From an uncultured Acidimicrobiales bacterium (GTDB lineage Bacteria; Actinomycetota; Acidimicrobiia; Acidimicrobiales; DATKAS01), in NCBI GenBank assembly GCA_963726495.1, contig CAVSCP010000006.1, forward strand, positions 140,312 to 204,311: a stretch of DNA of 64,000 nucleotides, given 5' to 3'. Numbering within the stretch: the first letter of the stretch is position 1; every line of letters starts with the position of its first letter. The translations under genes were made by a program, and so were the position numbers. The notes below the pieces were generated by a model, which saw only the letters and a list, made by a program, of their open reading frames with translations, ran no database searches and had not been told where the DNA came from. Positions 11,282-20,434 of this stretch are shown in pieces.

Positions 11282-12426
11282 CAGCGGCTCGTCGTCCGCG
11301 ACGACGGGCGGAGGCGGCCACGACCGCGGTGGCGGGGCGGCCACCACCGGCGGCGGCGCGGCGACAACGGGCGCAGCCGGGGGCGACGCGACATCGCTCG
11401 CCAGCGTGTGCCCTGCGACCGTCGTCGTCCAGACCGACTGGAACCCCGAGGCCGAGCACGGCGGGCTGTACAAGCTGCTCGGGCCGAACCCGAGCGTCGA
11501 CACCGACAAGAAGATCGTGACCGGCGAGCTGACGGCGAGCGGCGGCGTCGACACCGGCGTCAAGATCGAGATCCGCGTCGGCGGCCCCGCGATCGGCTTC
11601 CAGCAGGTGACCGCGCAGATGTACACCGACGACTCGATCCTGCTCGGCTACGTGAGCACCGACGAGCAGGTGCAGCACTCGGCTGACAAGCCCACGGTCT
11701 CGCTGATCGCGCCGCTCAAGAAGAACCCGCAGATCATCATGTGGGATCCGGCGACCTACCCCGACGCGAAGACGATCGCCGACCTGCCCAAGGACACGAC
11801 GCTCCTCGTCTTCGACGGCGGCGTGTTCCCCGACTACCTCGTCGGCAAGGGCATCGTGCAGCAGAGCCAGATCGAGGGTGGCTACGACGGCACCCCCGCT
11901 CGGTTCGTCGCCGCGGACGGCAAGCTCGCCCAGCAGGGCTTCGCCTCGGCCGAGCCCTACATCTACGAGCACGAGGTGCCCGAGTGGGGCAAGCCCGTCG
12001 CGTTCCAGCTGATCCACGACACCGGGCTCGAGATCTACTCGCAGACGATCGGGACGAAGCCCGAGAACATCACGAAGTTCGCCGACTGCTTCAAGAAGCT
12101 GATCCCGATCATGCAGCAGGCCGACGTCGACTACGCGAAGGACCCGGCGGCGACCAACACGCTCATCGTCGAGCCTCGTGAAGCAGTACGACACCGGCTG
12201 GGTGTACAGCGAGGGCGTCGCCGACTTCTCGGTCGAGCAGCAGGTGAAGCTCGAGCTCGTCGGCAACGAGGACGGCTACTCCGGTGGCATGGACGAGGCC
12301 CGCGTGCAGGGCGTCATCGACAACCTGCTCCCGATCTTCGCCAAGCAGAACGTCACGGTGAAGGAAGGCGTGAGCCCCGCGGACATCATGGATCTGCAGT
12401 TCGTGGACAAGAACATCCAGTTCTGA
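11205..12426 (+). pseudogene. ABC substrate-binding lipoprotein (NMT1/THI5-like, NitT/TauT family), frameshift near 12170
   Basis: ORF 11205..12437 has a lipobox LLLAAC followed by a Gly/Thr-rich linker, then VVVQTDWNPEAEHGGLY. ORF 12178..12426 supplies the C-terminus. RBS AAGGAGG lies upstream of ATG 11205. Confidence 0.75.
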
Positions 12427-12479
12427 TCACGATCTGATCCGTTCGCCGTTGTCGCCGCCGCTGGCGGCGAGATCGTCAC

Positions 12480-12509
12480 GGAGCCGGCACTCGGGGGGGT
12501 GCCGGCTCC
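12480..12509. terminator. Perfect 11-bp stem hairpin between convergent genes (bidirectional terminator candidate)
   Basis: GGAGCCGGCAC-tcgggggg-GTGCCGGCTCC, read directly. A second 8-bp hairpin TCGCCGCC-gct-GGCGGCGA lies just upstream at about 12452-12472. Both sit between the + gene stop (12426) and the - gene stop (12533). Confidence 0.5.
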
Positions 12510-12532
12510 GGCGCGTCCGGGCTCAGGCGCGG

Positions 12533-13549
12533 TCAGGCCGTGACGACGGCGGCGCGCACGGGGCCGGCGAGCAGCTCGAGCGCGCGCTCGGGATCGGGGC
12601 CGAGCGTGTGCCAGGCGAGAGGAAGGTCGAGGCCGGCGTCGGCGAAGGCGCCGAGCTGGCTCACGACGTCGTCCACGGTGCCCGCACACGCGAACGTGTC
12701 GATGAGGTGCTCGGACACGGCCGCCGCGCCGGCCGCGGGGCCGTCGGACGCGACGGCGGCACGCACCGCGGCCACTGCGTCGGGGTCGGCGCCCGACGTC
12801 TCGACCACGACTCCCTCGACTCGCCACAAGTAGTACGCCAGGACCTCGCGCACAGCGGCGCGCGCCTCCGCTCGATCCGCGCCGACGCTGCACAGCACGT
12901 TGGATGACACGAGGAGATCACCGAGGTCGCGGTCGGCCCGAGCGGCTCCGACAGCGAGACGCTCGCGTGACCAGCGGACGTAACCGGGGCTCACGAGCGC
13001 GCCGAGCTGCACGCCGTCCGCGAGCTCGCCTGCGGCCTCCATCATCCGCCCGTTCACCGCACCCACGTCGATGCGGATGGGTCCGGCGGGGACGAAGTCG
13101 AGGCGGTTGTCGGGTCGAGCCGGGAACGTGGTCGGCTCGAACCCCAGCTCCTCCCCCGCGAGCCATCGCCGCAGCGCGCGGACGGTCTCGACGACGTGCG
13201 TATACGGCTGCCATTGGTCCGGCTCGTAGCCGAGCGCGCGCATCGTCCACACCGCGGCGCCGACGCCGAACGCGACGCGCTCCGGACCGCCGATCTCCGC
13301 GAGCGTTGCCGCCTCCATCGCGAGCACGGCCGGATGGCGCGTGACCGGGTTCGCGATGCCGATGCGCACGCGCACCCGTTCAGTGGTCGCGAGCGTCGCC
13401 GCTGCGGCGCTGAACACCGCGCGGTGTTGACGGCTCTCGGGCAGCGACACCTCGTCGAACCCGAGCGCGTCGGCGCGCCGCGCGATCGCGAGCGTGTCGG
13501 CGAGCGGCCCCTCGTTCGAAAGAGACAACCCGAGCCCGACGAACGCCAC
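12533..13549 (-). CDS. LLM-class (luciferase-like) flavin/F420-dependent oxidoreductase
   Basis: Intact 338-aa ORF. MAFVGLGLSLS..., ADALGFDEVSLPES, RIGIANPVTRHPAVLAMEAATLAEI and VSPGYV give the TIM-barrel LLM family pattern. Confidence 0.8.
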   Translation of the reverse strand: MAFVGLGLSLSNEGPLADTLAIARRADALGFDEVSLPESRQHRAVFSAAAATLATTERVRVRIGIANPVTRHPAVLAMEAATLAEIGGPERVAFGVGAAVWTMRALGYEPDQWQPYTHVVETVRALRRWLAGEELGFEPTTFPARPDNRLDFVPAGPIRIDVGAVNGRMMEAAGELADGVQLGALVSPGYVRWSRERLAVGAARADRDLGDLLVSSNVLCSVGADRAEARAAVREVLAYYLWRVEGVVVETSGADPDAVAAVRAAVASDGPAAGAAAVSEHLIDTFACAGTVDDVVSQLGAFADAGLDLPLAWHTLGPDPERALELLAGPVRAAVVTA

Positions 13550-13550
13550 G

Positions 13551-14489
13551 TCAAGCCGTCGCCTGCTGTGCCCGACGGAGGATGTCGGCGCTCGCGAGGA
13601 TGTGCTGCTCGCACTGCTCGATGTCGTTCATCGGGAGCATGAACAGGTCGAAGCTCGGCGCGAGTGCCGCGATCCGGCTCGCGCACTCATTCGGGCGTGC
13701 CGGCGATCGCGTACTCGTCGACCAACGCGTCGGGGAGCAGCGCCGCCGCCGCGTCGAGGCGTCCGGCCAGCATCTCGGCGCGGATCGCGCCGACGCGCTC
13801 GTCGGTGAGGCCGGCGCGCTCGCGGATCGCCGAGCGGCGCGTCGAGCGCCATGTAGGAGAAGTGGCCGAGCACACGCTGCCGTTGCTCGGGCGCGTACGC
13901 GAGGTACGCGGACCACGCGACCTTGCAGCCGTTCGCGCGGAGTCGGTGAGCCGCGCTCGGGAGCGACACCGGTGCCTCGGCGGACAGCACGATCCAGTCG
14001 GCTTCGGCGGCGGCAAGCGCCTGCACCCGGGGGCCGCGCCCGGCGATCGCGATCGGCACCGGCTCCTTCGCCCAGGGCAGCCGGGCGCGCACCGACCTCG
14101 CCGCCCCCCAGGAGGGTGCGGTTGACTTCGAACGCGTCGCGCAGCGCGGTGTAGGGCCGTTCGGGGACGAGCCCCAGTGGGGCGAGCACGCGACTGCCTC
14201 CGACGCCGAGGCCGTGCCACACACGACCCGGCACGAGCTCGGCGAGCGTCGCGATGGCGGCCGCCGTAGTGACCGGGTGACGCGAGAAGGGGTTCGTGAT
14301 CGCCGGGGCGACGATCATGCGCTCGGTGCCGAGCACGACCGCGGTGAGCGCGACGTACAGGTCGCGGTCGGTGCCCTCGTCGGCGAGGAAGCACACCTCG
14401 GCCCCTTCGCGCTCCGCGAGGCGAGCGAGCTCGACGATCCGCGCGACCGGCTGCACCGGCTCGAACCACACGCCCCACGGGAAGGCCAT
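13551..14489 (-). pseudogene. LLM-class oxidoreductase, about 3 frameshifts
   Basis: ORF 13551..14489 N-terminus MAFPWGVWFEPVQPVARIVELARLAEREGAEVCFLADEGTDRDLYV...ITNPFSRHPVTTAAAIATLAEL. The middle is in ORF 13628..14224 (PVPIAIAGRGPRVQALAAAEADWIVLS). Then comes the ORF 13687..14865 frame (LTDERVGAIRAEMLAGRLDAAAALLPDALVDEYAIAGTPE). The C-terminus returns to the first frame. Confidence 0.7.
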
Positions 14490-14544
14490 CGGTGCTCTCT
14501 AGCATGTCGCTCGATGACGACTGGCCCGCCGACCTCGAGACCTG

Positions 14545-15346
14545 GTGTCCACCGAATGGCTCGCCGAGCACCTCGACGACCCGAACGTGCGCGTCGTCGA
14601 CTGCCGGTGGTACCTGCGACCCTTCGACGACCGCTGCGGCGACGACGAGTACCGCAAGGGCCATGTGCCCGGCGCCGTGCACCTGCGTTGGGACACGCAG
14701 CTCGCAGATCCCGACCGCGCCGCGTCGATGCTCGCCCCTCCCGAGCGCTTCGCCGCGGCGATGCGCGCCGCTGGCATCGGAGACGACACGTTCGTCGTCA
14801 CCTACGACGACCACCACGTGCCCGTCGCCGCACGGGTGTGGTGGGCATTGCGTTCCTACGACCACGACGCAGTCGCGGTGCTCGACGGGGGGATCACTCG
14901 CTGGACAGCCGAAGGGCGTCCGCTCTCGAACGAGACGCCGACATTCCTTCCCGCGACGTTCACCCCTCGCCTGCGCGCGGACCGCTACGCGACGAAGCAG
15001 GACGTGCTCGACGCGCTGCAGTCAGGGTCGGCAGCACTCCTCGACGCCCGGATGGACAAGGCGTACGCCGAGCGCGAGCGGGCACATCCCCGGCGCTCGA
15101 CGGCTGACCGGTCTCGGGTTCCTCCGCGACGGGGAGCGCTGGATGGACGCGTCCGATGCGGAAGCGCGCATAGGTGAGCTCGGCCTCGAGCCCGACTCGC
15201 CTGTCATCGCCTACTGCGGTGGCGGCGTGGCCGCGACCGGCACCGCGCTCGGCTTCGTCCTCGCAGGCCGGCCCCAGCCGCGGGTGTACGACGGCTCGTG
15301 GACAGAGTGGTCCGCCGACCCCGACACCCCGAAGGCTGTGCATTGA
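14545..15346 (+). pseudogene. Rhodanese-domain sulfurtransferase (thiosulfate/3-mercaptopyruvate type), frameshift near 15080
   Basis: ORF 14545..15177 (STEWLAEHLDDPNVRVVDCRW...YRKGHVPGAVHL) plus the tail of ORF 14492..15346 (SGHIPGAR...VIAYCGGGVAATGTALGFVLAG...YDGSWTEW, catalytic Cys loop CGGGV). Confidence 0.8.
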
Positions 15347-15362
15347 TGAAGGCAGTGCACTG

Positions 15363-16058
15363 ATGCGCAGCGTGGTCGTGACTGGCGGAGCAGGAGCGAT
15401 CGGCGCCGCGGTCATGGAGCGGTTCCGCGCCGAGGGCGACGCGGTGCTCGGTCTCGATCTCCGCGCCGCCGACGACATCGTGGCGTGCGACGTGGCCGAC
15501 GAGCACTCGGTGGCCGCTGCGTTCACCGAGGTGCGCAGCCGGCAGGGCCCCGTCGAGGTGCTCGTGCACTCGGCGGGCATCACCGGTCGAGGCACGGTCA
15601 CCGAGGAGGACCCCGCCACATGGCGACGCATCCTCGAGGTCAACCTGACGTCTGCCTATCTGTGCTGCCGCGAGGCGATCCCCGACATGACCGGGCTCGG
15701 ACGGGGTCGCATCGTGCTGGTCGCGTCGGTCAACGGGAGGTTCGGCGGCAGCGCGCTCTCCGGTCCCGCGTACGCCGCGTCGAAGGGCGGCCTGCTCACG
15801 CTCGGCCGCTTCCTCGCTCGGGAGCACGCGGCGGCCGGCATCACGGTGAACTCGGTCGCGCCGGGCCCGCACGACACTCCGATGTGGACGGCCCTCGACG
15901 CCGACCGCCGTGCGCGGATCCTCGGGATGCTCCCGGGTGGCGACGGACCGGGCGACCCCGCCGACCTCGCGGCCACGATCGTCCACCTGTGCTCGCCCGA
16001 GGCGCGCTACATCAACGGCGCGACGATCGACATCAACGGCGGGCAGTGGATGGGCTGA
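15363..16058 (+). CDS. SDR-family oxidoreductase
   Basis: From ATG 15363 inside ORF 15174..16058. Motifs: VVTGGAGAIGAAV (TGxxxGxG), NLTSAY, YAASKGG (YxxxK) and INGATIDINGG. Confidence 0.85.
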   Translation: MRSVVVTGGAGAIGAAVMERFRAEGDAVLGLDLRAADDIVACDVADEHSVAAAFTEVRSRQGPVEVLVHSAGITGRGTVTEEDPATWRRILEVNLTSAYLCCREAIPDMTGLGRGRIVLVASVNGRFGGSALSGPAYAASKGGLLTLGRFLAREHAAAGITVNSVAPGPHDTPMWTALDADRRARILGMLPGGDGPGDPADLAATIVHLCSPEARYINGATIDINGGQWMG

Positions 16059-16075
16059 CAGCCCGCACGAACCAG

Positions 16076-16106
16076 CCGCGCAACGGGAATCGTTGCGCGG
16101 TAGGGT
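16076..16106 (+). promoter_or_regulatory. Perfect 10-bp palindrome plus TAGGGT -10-like box directly upstream of the antitoxin gene (candidate autoregulatory operator / near-leaderless promoter)
   Basis: CCGCGCAACG-ggaat-CGTTGCGCGG (16076..16100) abuts TAGGGT (16101..16106). The GTG start is at 16113, only 6 nt after the -10 box. Confidence 0.4.
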
Positions 16107-16112
16107 GATCGT

Positions 16113-16475
16113 GTGACCGTCGACCGTGCTCGCCGCCCCCGCCAGCCCTCCGTGGGCGAGCGGGTCGCGCTCGCGGCTACCCGCGTCGGCGGCCAGAACG
16201 AGCTCGCGCGGCTGCTCCAAGTCTCGAAGTCCGCTCCGAGCCGGTGGCGCACCGGCGCGGACCATCCCTCGCCCGAGGCCATGCGAGCGCTGCTGGCGCT
16301 CGACTACGTGCTGGCCCGGCTCGCCGAGGTCATGACGCCCGAGCAGATCCAGGTCTGGCTGACGAGCCCGAACCCGCACCTCGCGGGCGCTCGCCCAGTC
16401 GACGTCGTCGTGTCTCGCGGTCCGCTCGCGGTCGACGACGCAATCGTCGCGTTCGAAGACGCCGCGCCGGTGTGA
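16113..16475 (+). CDS. Xre-type antitoxin with C-terminal DUF2384-like domain (MbcA/ParS class)
   Basis: 120-aa intact ORF. HTH-like GGQNELARLLQVSKSAPSRWRTG, then WLTSPNPHLAGARPVDVV. The stop overlaps the next gene start (GTGA at 16472). Confidence 0.7.
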   Translation: MTVDRARRPRQPSVGERVALAATRVGGQNELARLLQVSKSAPSRWRTGADHPSPEAMRALLALDYVLARLAEVMTPEQIQVWLTSPNPHLAGARPVDVVVSRGPLAVDDAIVAFEDAAPV

Positions 16476-17012
16476 TCGTCTGGCGCATCGCGCCGATCGA
16501 CACTCGGGCGAGGGCGCGGCCGGCCCTTCCATCCCCTGTACGTGCCTGCGCCATCGGGTCGGCATCGGCTCGACAACACCGACCTCTACTCGGTGCTGTA
16601 CGCGTCGGGCGAGCCCGCCGGCGCGGTCGCCGAGGCATTCGCGTCGTTCTCGCGGTGGGGTGAGTTCTTGCTCGACCATCCCCGAGGCGCGCGCCGGCGT
16701 CTCATCGCGCTCGACGTCCCGAACGACCTCGCCGTCCTCGACCTCGACGAGGCTCGCGCCCTCGTGCGACGCCGGCTGCGCCCGAGCCAAGTCGTGACCC
16801 GCGACCGCGCGGTCACGCAGGCGTGGGCACGCCGAGTGTGGGAGGAGGCCGAGTGGGCAGGCGTGCGGTGGTGGTCGTATCACGACCCCCGGTGGACGAC
16901 CCTCGGCCTCTGGGCGACCGGCGGGATCTCGGTGGCGAGTCTCGAGGAGCTGTCCGCGACCCATCCCGCGGTGCTCGAGGCCGCCGAGGTCATGCTCCGC
17001 ACCTGGACATGA
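16472..17012 (+). pseudogene. RES-domain toxin (MbcT/ParT class), frameshift near 16510
   Basis: VIVWRIAPIDTR (frame of ORF 16244..16663) joins ORF 16542..17012: SGRHRLDNTDLYSVLYASGEPAGAVAEAF (R...E region), LAVLDLDE and GVRWWSYHD (S region). Confidence 0.7.
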
Positions 17013-17029
17013 CCGGAGGAAGATGAGGC

Positions 17030-17768
17030 ATGGCGACGAGCTGGGACGCCCACGCGCTACGCGGCCTCGCTCCGCCGTGACGACGAGCGGTTGCTGCGGG
17101 CCGCGCAGCGTCGGCTCGGCGCGCCCGTCCCCTCGTGTCCCGACTGGACGATGGCCGATCTCGTGTTCCACGTCGGCCGCGTGCACAGCTTCTGGGGTCA
17201 GATCGTCGCGGGACGGCTGACCGACGCGCGGGACTCCGTCGAGACCGAGCGTCCGGCTGACGACGCGCTCCTCGACTGGTTCCGCGAGACCTGCGACAGC
17301 GTCGCCGACGTCTTGGACCACGCGGACCCTGGCGACGAGGTCTGGTCGTGGTCGGCGCAGAAGGACGTCGCGTTCGTGCAGCGCCGCATGGCGCAGGAGG
17401 CGGCCGTGCACACATGGGACGCGGTCGGCGCCGTCGGGGCACGGGAGCCCATCGATGCGGACCTCGCGGTCGACGGCATCGACGAGTACATCGACCTGTT
17501 CATGCCCGTCTGGGTGAGGCAGCCCGTCGACCCTGGGCCCTACTCGGTGTCGTTGCGAGCCTCGGATCGGCCCACTCGCTGGTGGCTCGAGGTGCGCCAC
17601 GGCGAGCTCTCGACCTCGCGCGGCGGGCTCGTCGCCGATGCGATCGTCTCCGGCACCGCCTCGGACCTCCTCCTGCTCCTGTGGGGACGGGCCGAGCCTG
17701 CGGCGCTCGACCTCGAGGGCGAGCCGACAGCGCTCGACCGGCTGCTCGCCCGCACGATCATCAACTGA
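17030..17768 (+). pseudogene. Maleylpyruvate isomerase-family mycothiol-dependent enzyme (DinB-like), frameshift near 17055
   Basis: ORF 17091..17768 has PSCPDWTMADLVFHVGRVHSFW...RRMAQEAAVHTWD. ATG 17030 (MATSWDAH) is one frame off and meets a stop after 16 codons. Confidence 0.7.
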
Positions 17769-17771
17769 GGC

Positions 17772-18224
17772 TCAGCCGGACAGCGTCACGCGGATCGGGA
17801 GCCGCTTGTGCTCCTCGCTGTCGATCTCGACGACGAAGTTGTACGCGTCGGCCTTCTGGAAGACGACGCCATCGAGGTTGAGCGCGACGACCACGATCTG
17901 CTCGTCGCCCGCAGGAAGCAGGGCCGGACGGCCGACGGTGAACTGCCCGCTGACGCCGTACATCTTCCCGTCGTCCGATGGCGCACCGGGCGGCGCGTCG
18001 CCGAGCGCGACCCGTCCCCCGTCCGAGTCGTCGAGGCGCACGTCGAAGCGGTGCATGGTGTTCGTCGCCGTGTACGGCACGTGGATGATGAGCCCGAGCC
18101 CGATGCGGGCATGGCGCACCGGCAGCTGGGGCGTGGTGATGACGTTCCAGCCCGCACCCTGCGCGTAGAGCTTCCCGTCGACCGCGACGACAGAGTCGGC
18201 GACGAACGCGTCGAGATCCATCAA
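17772..18224 (-). CDS. Hypothetical protein (150 aa), family not recognised with confidence
   Basis: Intact ORF with normal composition for this window (MMDLDAFVADSVVAVDGKLYAQGAGWNVITTPQLPVRHARIGLGLIIHVPY...). It is tightly packed between neighbouring genes. Confidence 0.6.
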   Translation of the reverse strand: MMDLDAFVADSVVAVDGKLYAQGAGWNVITTPQLPVRHARIGLGLIIHVPYTATNTMHRFDVRLDDSDGGRVALGDAPPGAPSDDGKMYGVSGQFTVGRPALLPAGDEQIVVVALNLDGVVFQKADAYNFVVEIDSEEHKRLPIRVTLSG

Positions 18225-18234
18225 GCGAGATCCA

Positions 18235-19161
18235 TCACGCGGGAGGCTCGGCGCCTCGTTGCGCGGTGATGCGCGTGTAGTGCTCGGGTTGGCGGTGGCG
18301 CGCGAAGTCGAAGACTGTCGTCTTGTAGCTGTCGCAGAGCGACAGGTCGCATCGAGCGACCGCGACTTCGTCGCCGAGCGTGGTGCACAGCGCGGCGATC
18401 TCTCCGCTCGGCGCGATGATCGCCGAGCCGCCGATCATCGGCACCCCTTCCTCGTCGCCCGCCTTCGCGACACCCACGACCCACGTGCCGTTCTGATAGG
18501 CGCCCGACTGCATCACGAGGTGGTTGTGGAAGTCGCCCAGCCGGTCGTGCTCGGGTGCCGGCGGGTTGTGGACCGGCGTGTTGTAGCCGATCAGCACGAG
18601 CTCGGCGCCCTGCAGCCCGAGCACCCGGTAGGCCTCGGGCCAACGACGGTCGTTGCAGATCGCCATGCCCACGACGCCGCCGAACGCGCGCCACACCTGG
18701 AAGCCGTCGGGCCCGACCTCGAAGTAGCGCTTCTCGAGATGCTGGAAGGCGCGCCACGGCTCGTGCTGGTCGTGGCCGGGCAGGTGCACCTTCCGGTAAC
18801 GGCCGATCTCACGCCCGTCGCGGCCCACGAGGACCTGCGTGTTGTAGCGGTGCCCCTCGGGCGTCTTCTCCGCGAAGCCGAGGCAGAACCCGACGCCGAG
18901 GCGCGCCGCTTCGTCGAACAGCGGCTTCGTGTCGACAGACGGCATCTCGGTCTCGAACCACGAGTCGATCTCGGCCTCGTCCTCGAAGAACCATCGCGGG
19001 AAGAACGTCGTCAGCGCGAGCTCGGGGTAGACGACGAGCTCGGCACCGCGACCGTGCGCGTCGTGCAACAGCGCCAGCATGCGCTCGACGACGTCGGCGC
19101 GCGAGTGGTCGCGCTGCACCGGTCCCATCTGCGCGGCTCCGACGGTGACCGCACGACCCAT
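18235..19161 (-). CDS. N-carbamoyl-D-amino-acid hydrolase (nitrilase superfamily, DCase-like)
   Basis: Intact 308-aa ORF. Long stretches match the Agrobacterium D-carbamoylase as I recall it: YPELALTTFFPRWFF, YRKVHLPGH, FQHLEKRYFE, ICNDRRWPE (catalytic Cys), GYNTPVHNPP and RHRQPEHY. Confidence 0.9.
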   Translation of the reverse strand: MGRAVTVGAAQMGPVQRDHSRADVVERMLALLHDAHGRGAELVVYPELALTTFFPRWFFEDEAEIDSWFETEMPSVDTKPLFDEAARLGVGFCLGFAEKTPEGHRYNTQVLVGRDGREIGRYRKVHLPGHDQHEPWRAFQHLEKRYFEVGPDGFQVWRAFGGVVGMAICNDRRWPEAYRVLGLQGAELVLIGYNTPVHNPPAPEHDRLGDFHNHLVMQSGAYQNGTWVVGVAKAGDEEGVPMIGGSAIIAPSGEIAALCTTLGDEVAVARCDLSLCDSYKTTVFDFARHRQPEHYTRITAQRGAEPPA

Positions 19162-20429
19162 CTATGCCTCCTCCCGCTCGGCCAGCTCGAGCAGCACTTG
19201 GAGCAGCACGTTTGCTCCCGCCTCGAGATGCTCGGGATCGGTGTGCTCGGCCGGGTTGTGGCTGATGCCACCACGGCTCGGCGTGAACACCATCGCCGCC
19301 GGACAGACGCGCGCCATCATCTGCGCGTCGTGCCCCGCTCCCGACGGCAGGCGGTGCACCGAGTAGCCGAGCCGCTGCGCGGTCTTCTCGACGAGCAGCA
19401 CGGTGTCGGGATCGAACGTCACGGGATCGAACCGCGCCAGCGAGCGGCTGCTGATCTCGACGCCCTCCTTACGCTCGAGCTCGCGGCAGAAGTCCGCGAG
19501 CGCGGCCTCGGCGTCGGCAAGGGCAGCCGCATCGGTGTTGCGGAGGTCGACTGTGAGCACGGCGCGACCCGGGATCACGTTCACGAGGTCGGGATGGAGG
19601 TCGAGGCGCCCGACGGTCGCGACTTGGTGCCCGCCGAGCTCGTTCGCGAGACGACGCACGTACGTCACGATCTCGGCGGCGGCCTGCCCGGCGTCGCGCC
19701 GCATCGACATCGGCGTCGTGCCGGCGTGGTTCGACTGACCGACGATCGTCAGCTCTTGCCAGGAGATGCCCTGCACTCCCTCGACCACGCCGATCGTGGT
19801 GTCGCGCGCCTCGAGCACGGGTCCTTGCTCGATGTGGAGCTCGACGAACGCCGCCGGCGCGGGTCCCGGGCACGGCAGCGGACCGGCGTAGCCGATGCGC
19901 ACGAGCTCGTCGCCCACAGTCGGGCCGTCGATGGCCGCGACGTCGAGCGCCTCCTCGAGGGGGATGCCACCGACGTAGGTCGAGCGAGCCCATCATGTCG
20001 GGCTGGAAGCGCGAGCCCTCCTCGTTCGTGAAGAACGCAACCGCGAGTGGCCGTCGCGTGGTGACGCCCGCACCTTCGAGCACCTCGACGACCTCGAGGC
20101 CGGCCAGCACGCCGAGGTTGCCGTCGTAGCGACCTCCGGTGCGCACGGTGTCGATGTGGGAGCCCGTCATCACCGGCACGCCCGGCTCGCGTCCGGCGCG
20201 CGTGCCGACGACGTTGCCCATCTCGTCGATGCCGACGTCGAGGCCGAGGTCGCTGCATCCACGTGACGACGAGGTCGCGGCCTTCCTTGTCGGCGTCGGT
20301 CAGCGCGAGGCGGTTGTTGCCGCCTCCTTCGATCGGGCCGATCTCCCCGAGCGCGGCAAGCCTGCGCATGAGCCGGGCACCGTCGACGCGCAGGTCGCGC
20401 AGGTCGGAGGCCGCCGGCATCACGGACAC
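19162..20429 (-). pseudogene. M20-family hydantoinase/carbamoylase-type amidase (allantoate amidohydrolase / N-carbamoyl-L-amino-acid hydrolase), 2 frameshifts
   Basis: ORF 19749..20429 N-terminus; ORF 19469..20221 (MGNVVGTRAG..VMTGSHIDTVRTGGRYDGNLGVLAGLEVV..FFTNEEGSRF); ORF 19162..19917 (HIEQGPVLE...SNHAGTTPM...SGAGHDAQ...SRGGISHNPAE). Joins near 20240 and 19990. Confidence 0.8.
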
Positions 20430-20434
20430 GGCAC

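Noticed and set aside
14545-15346. Rhodanese as a dedicated Moco-sulfuration or selenium-transfer factor for the nearby hydroxylases
   Set aside because: The idea is plausible but rests only on loose proximity: 8 kb and several operons separate the genes. Rhodanese-domain sulfurtransferases are common housekeeping genes.
15204-17600. Very long minus-strand ORF (798 aa). Similar giants occur at 61925..63925 (-), 60843..62453 (-), 45615..47321 (-), 18259..20031 (+), 5399..7252 (+) and 56287..58077 (-).
   Set aside because: They are Arg/Ala/Gly/Pro-rich low-complexity translations lying antisense to, or out of frame with, genes that have clear family motifs. These are typical shadow ORFs of very high-GC DNA, where stop codons are rare.
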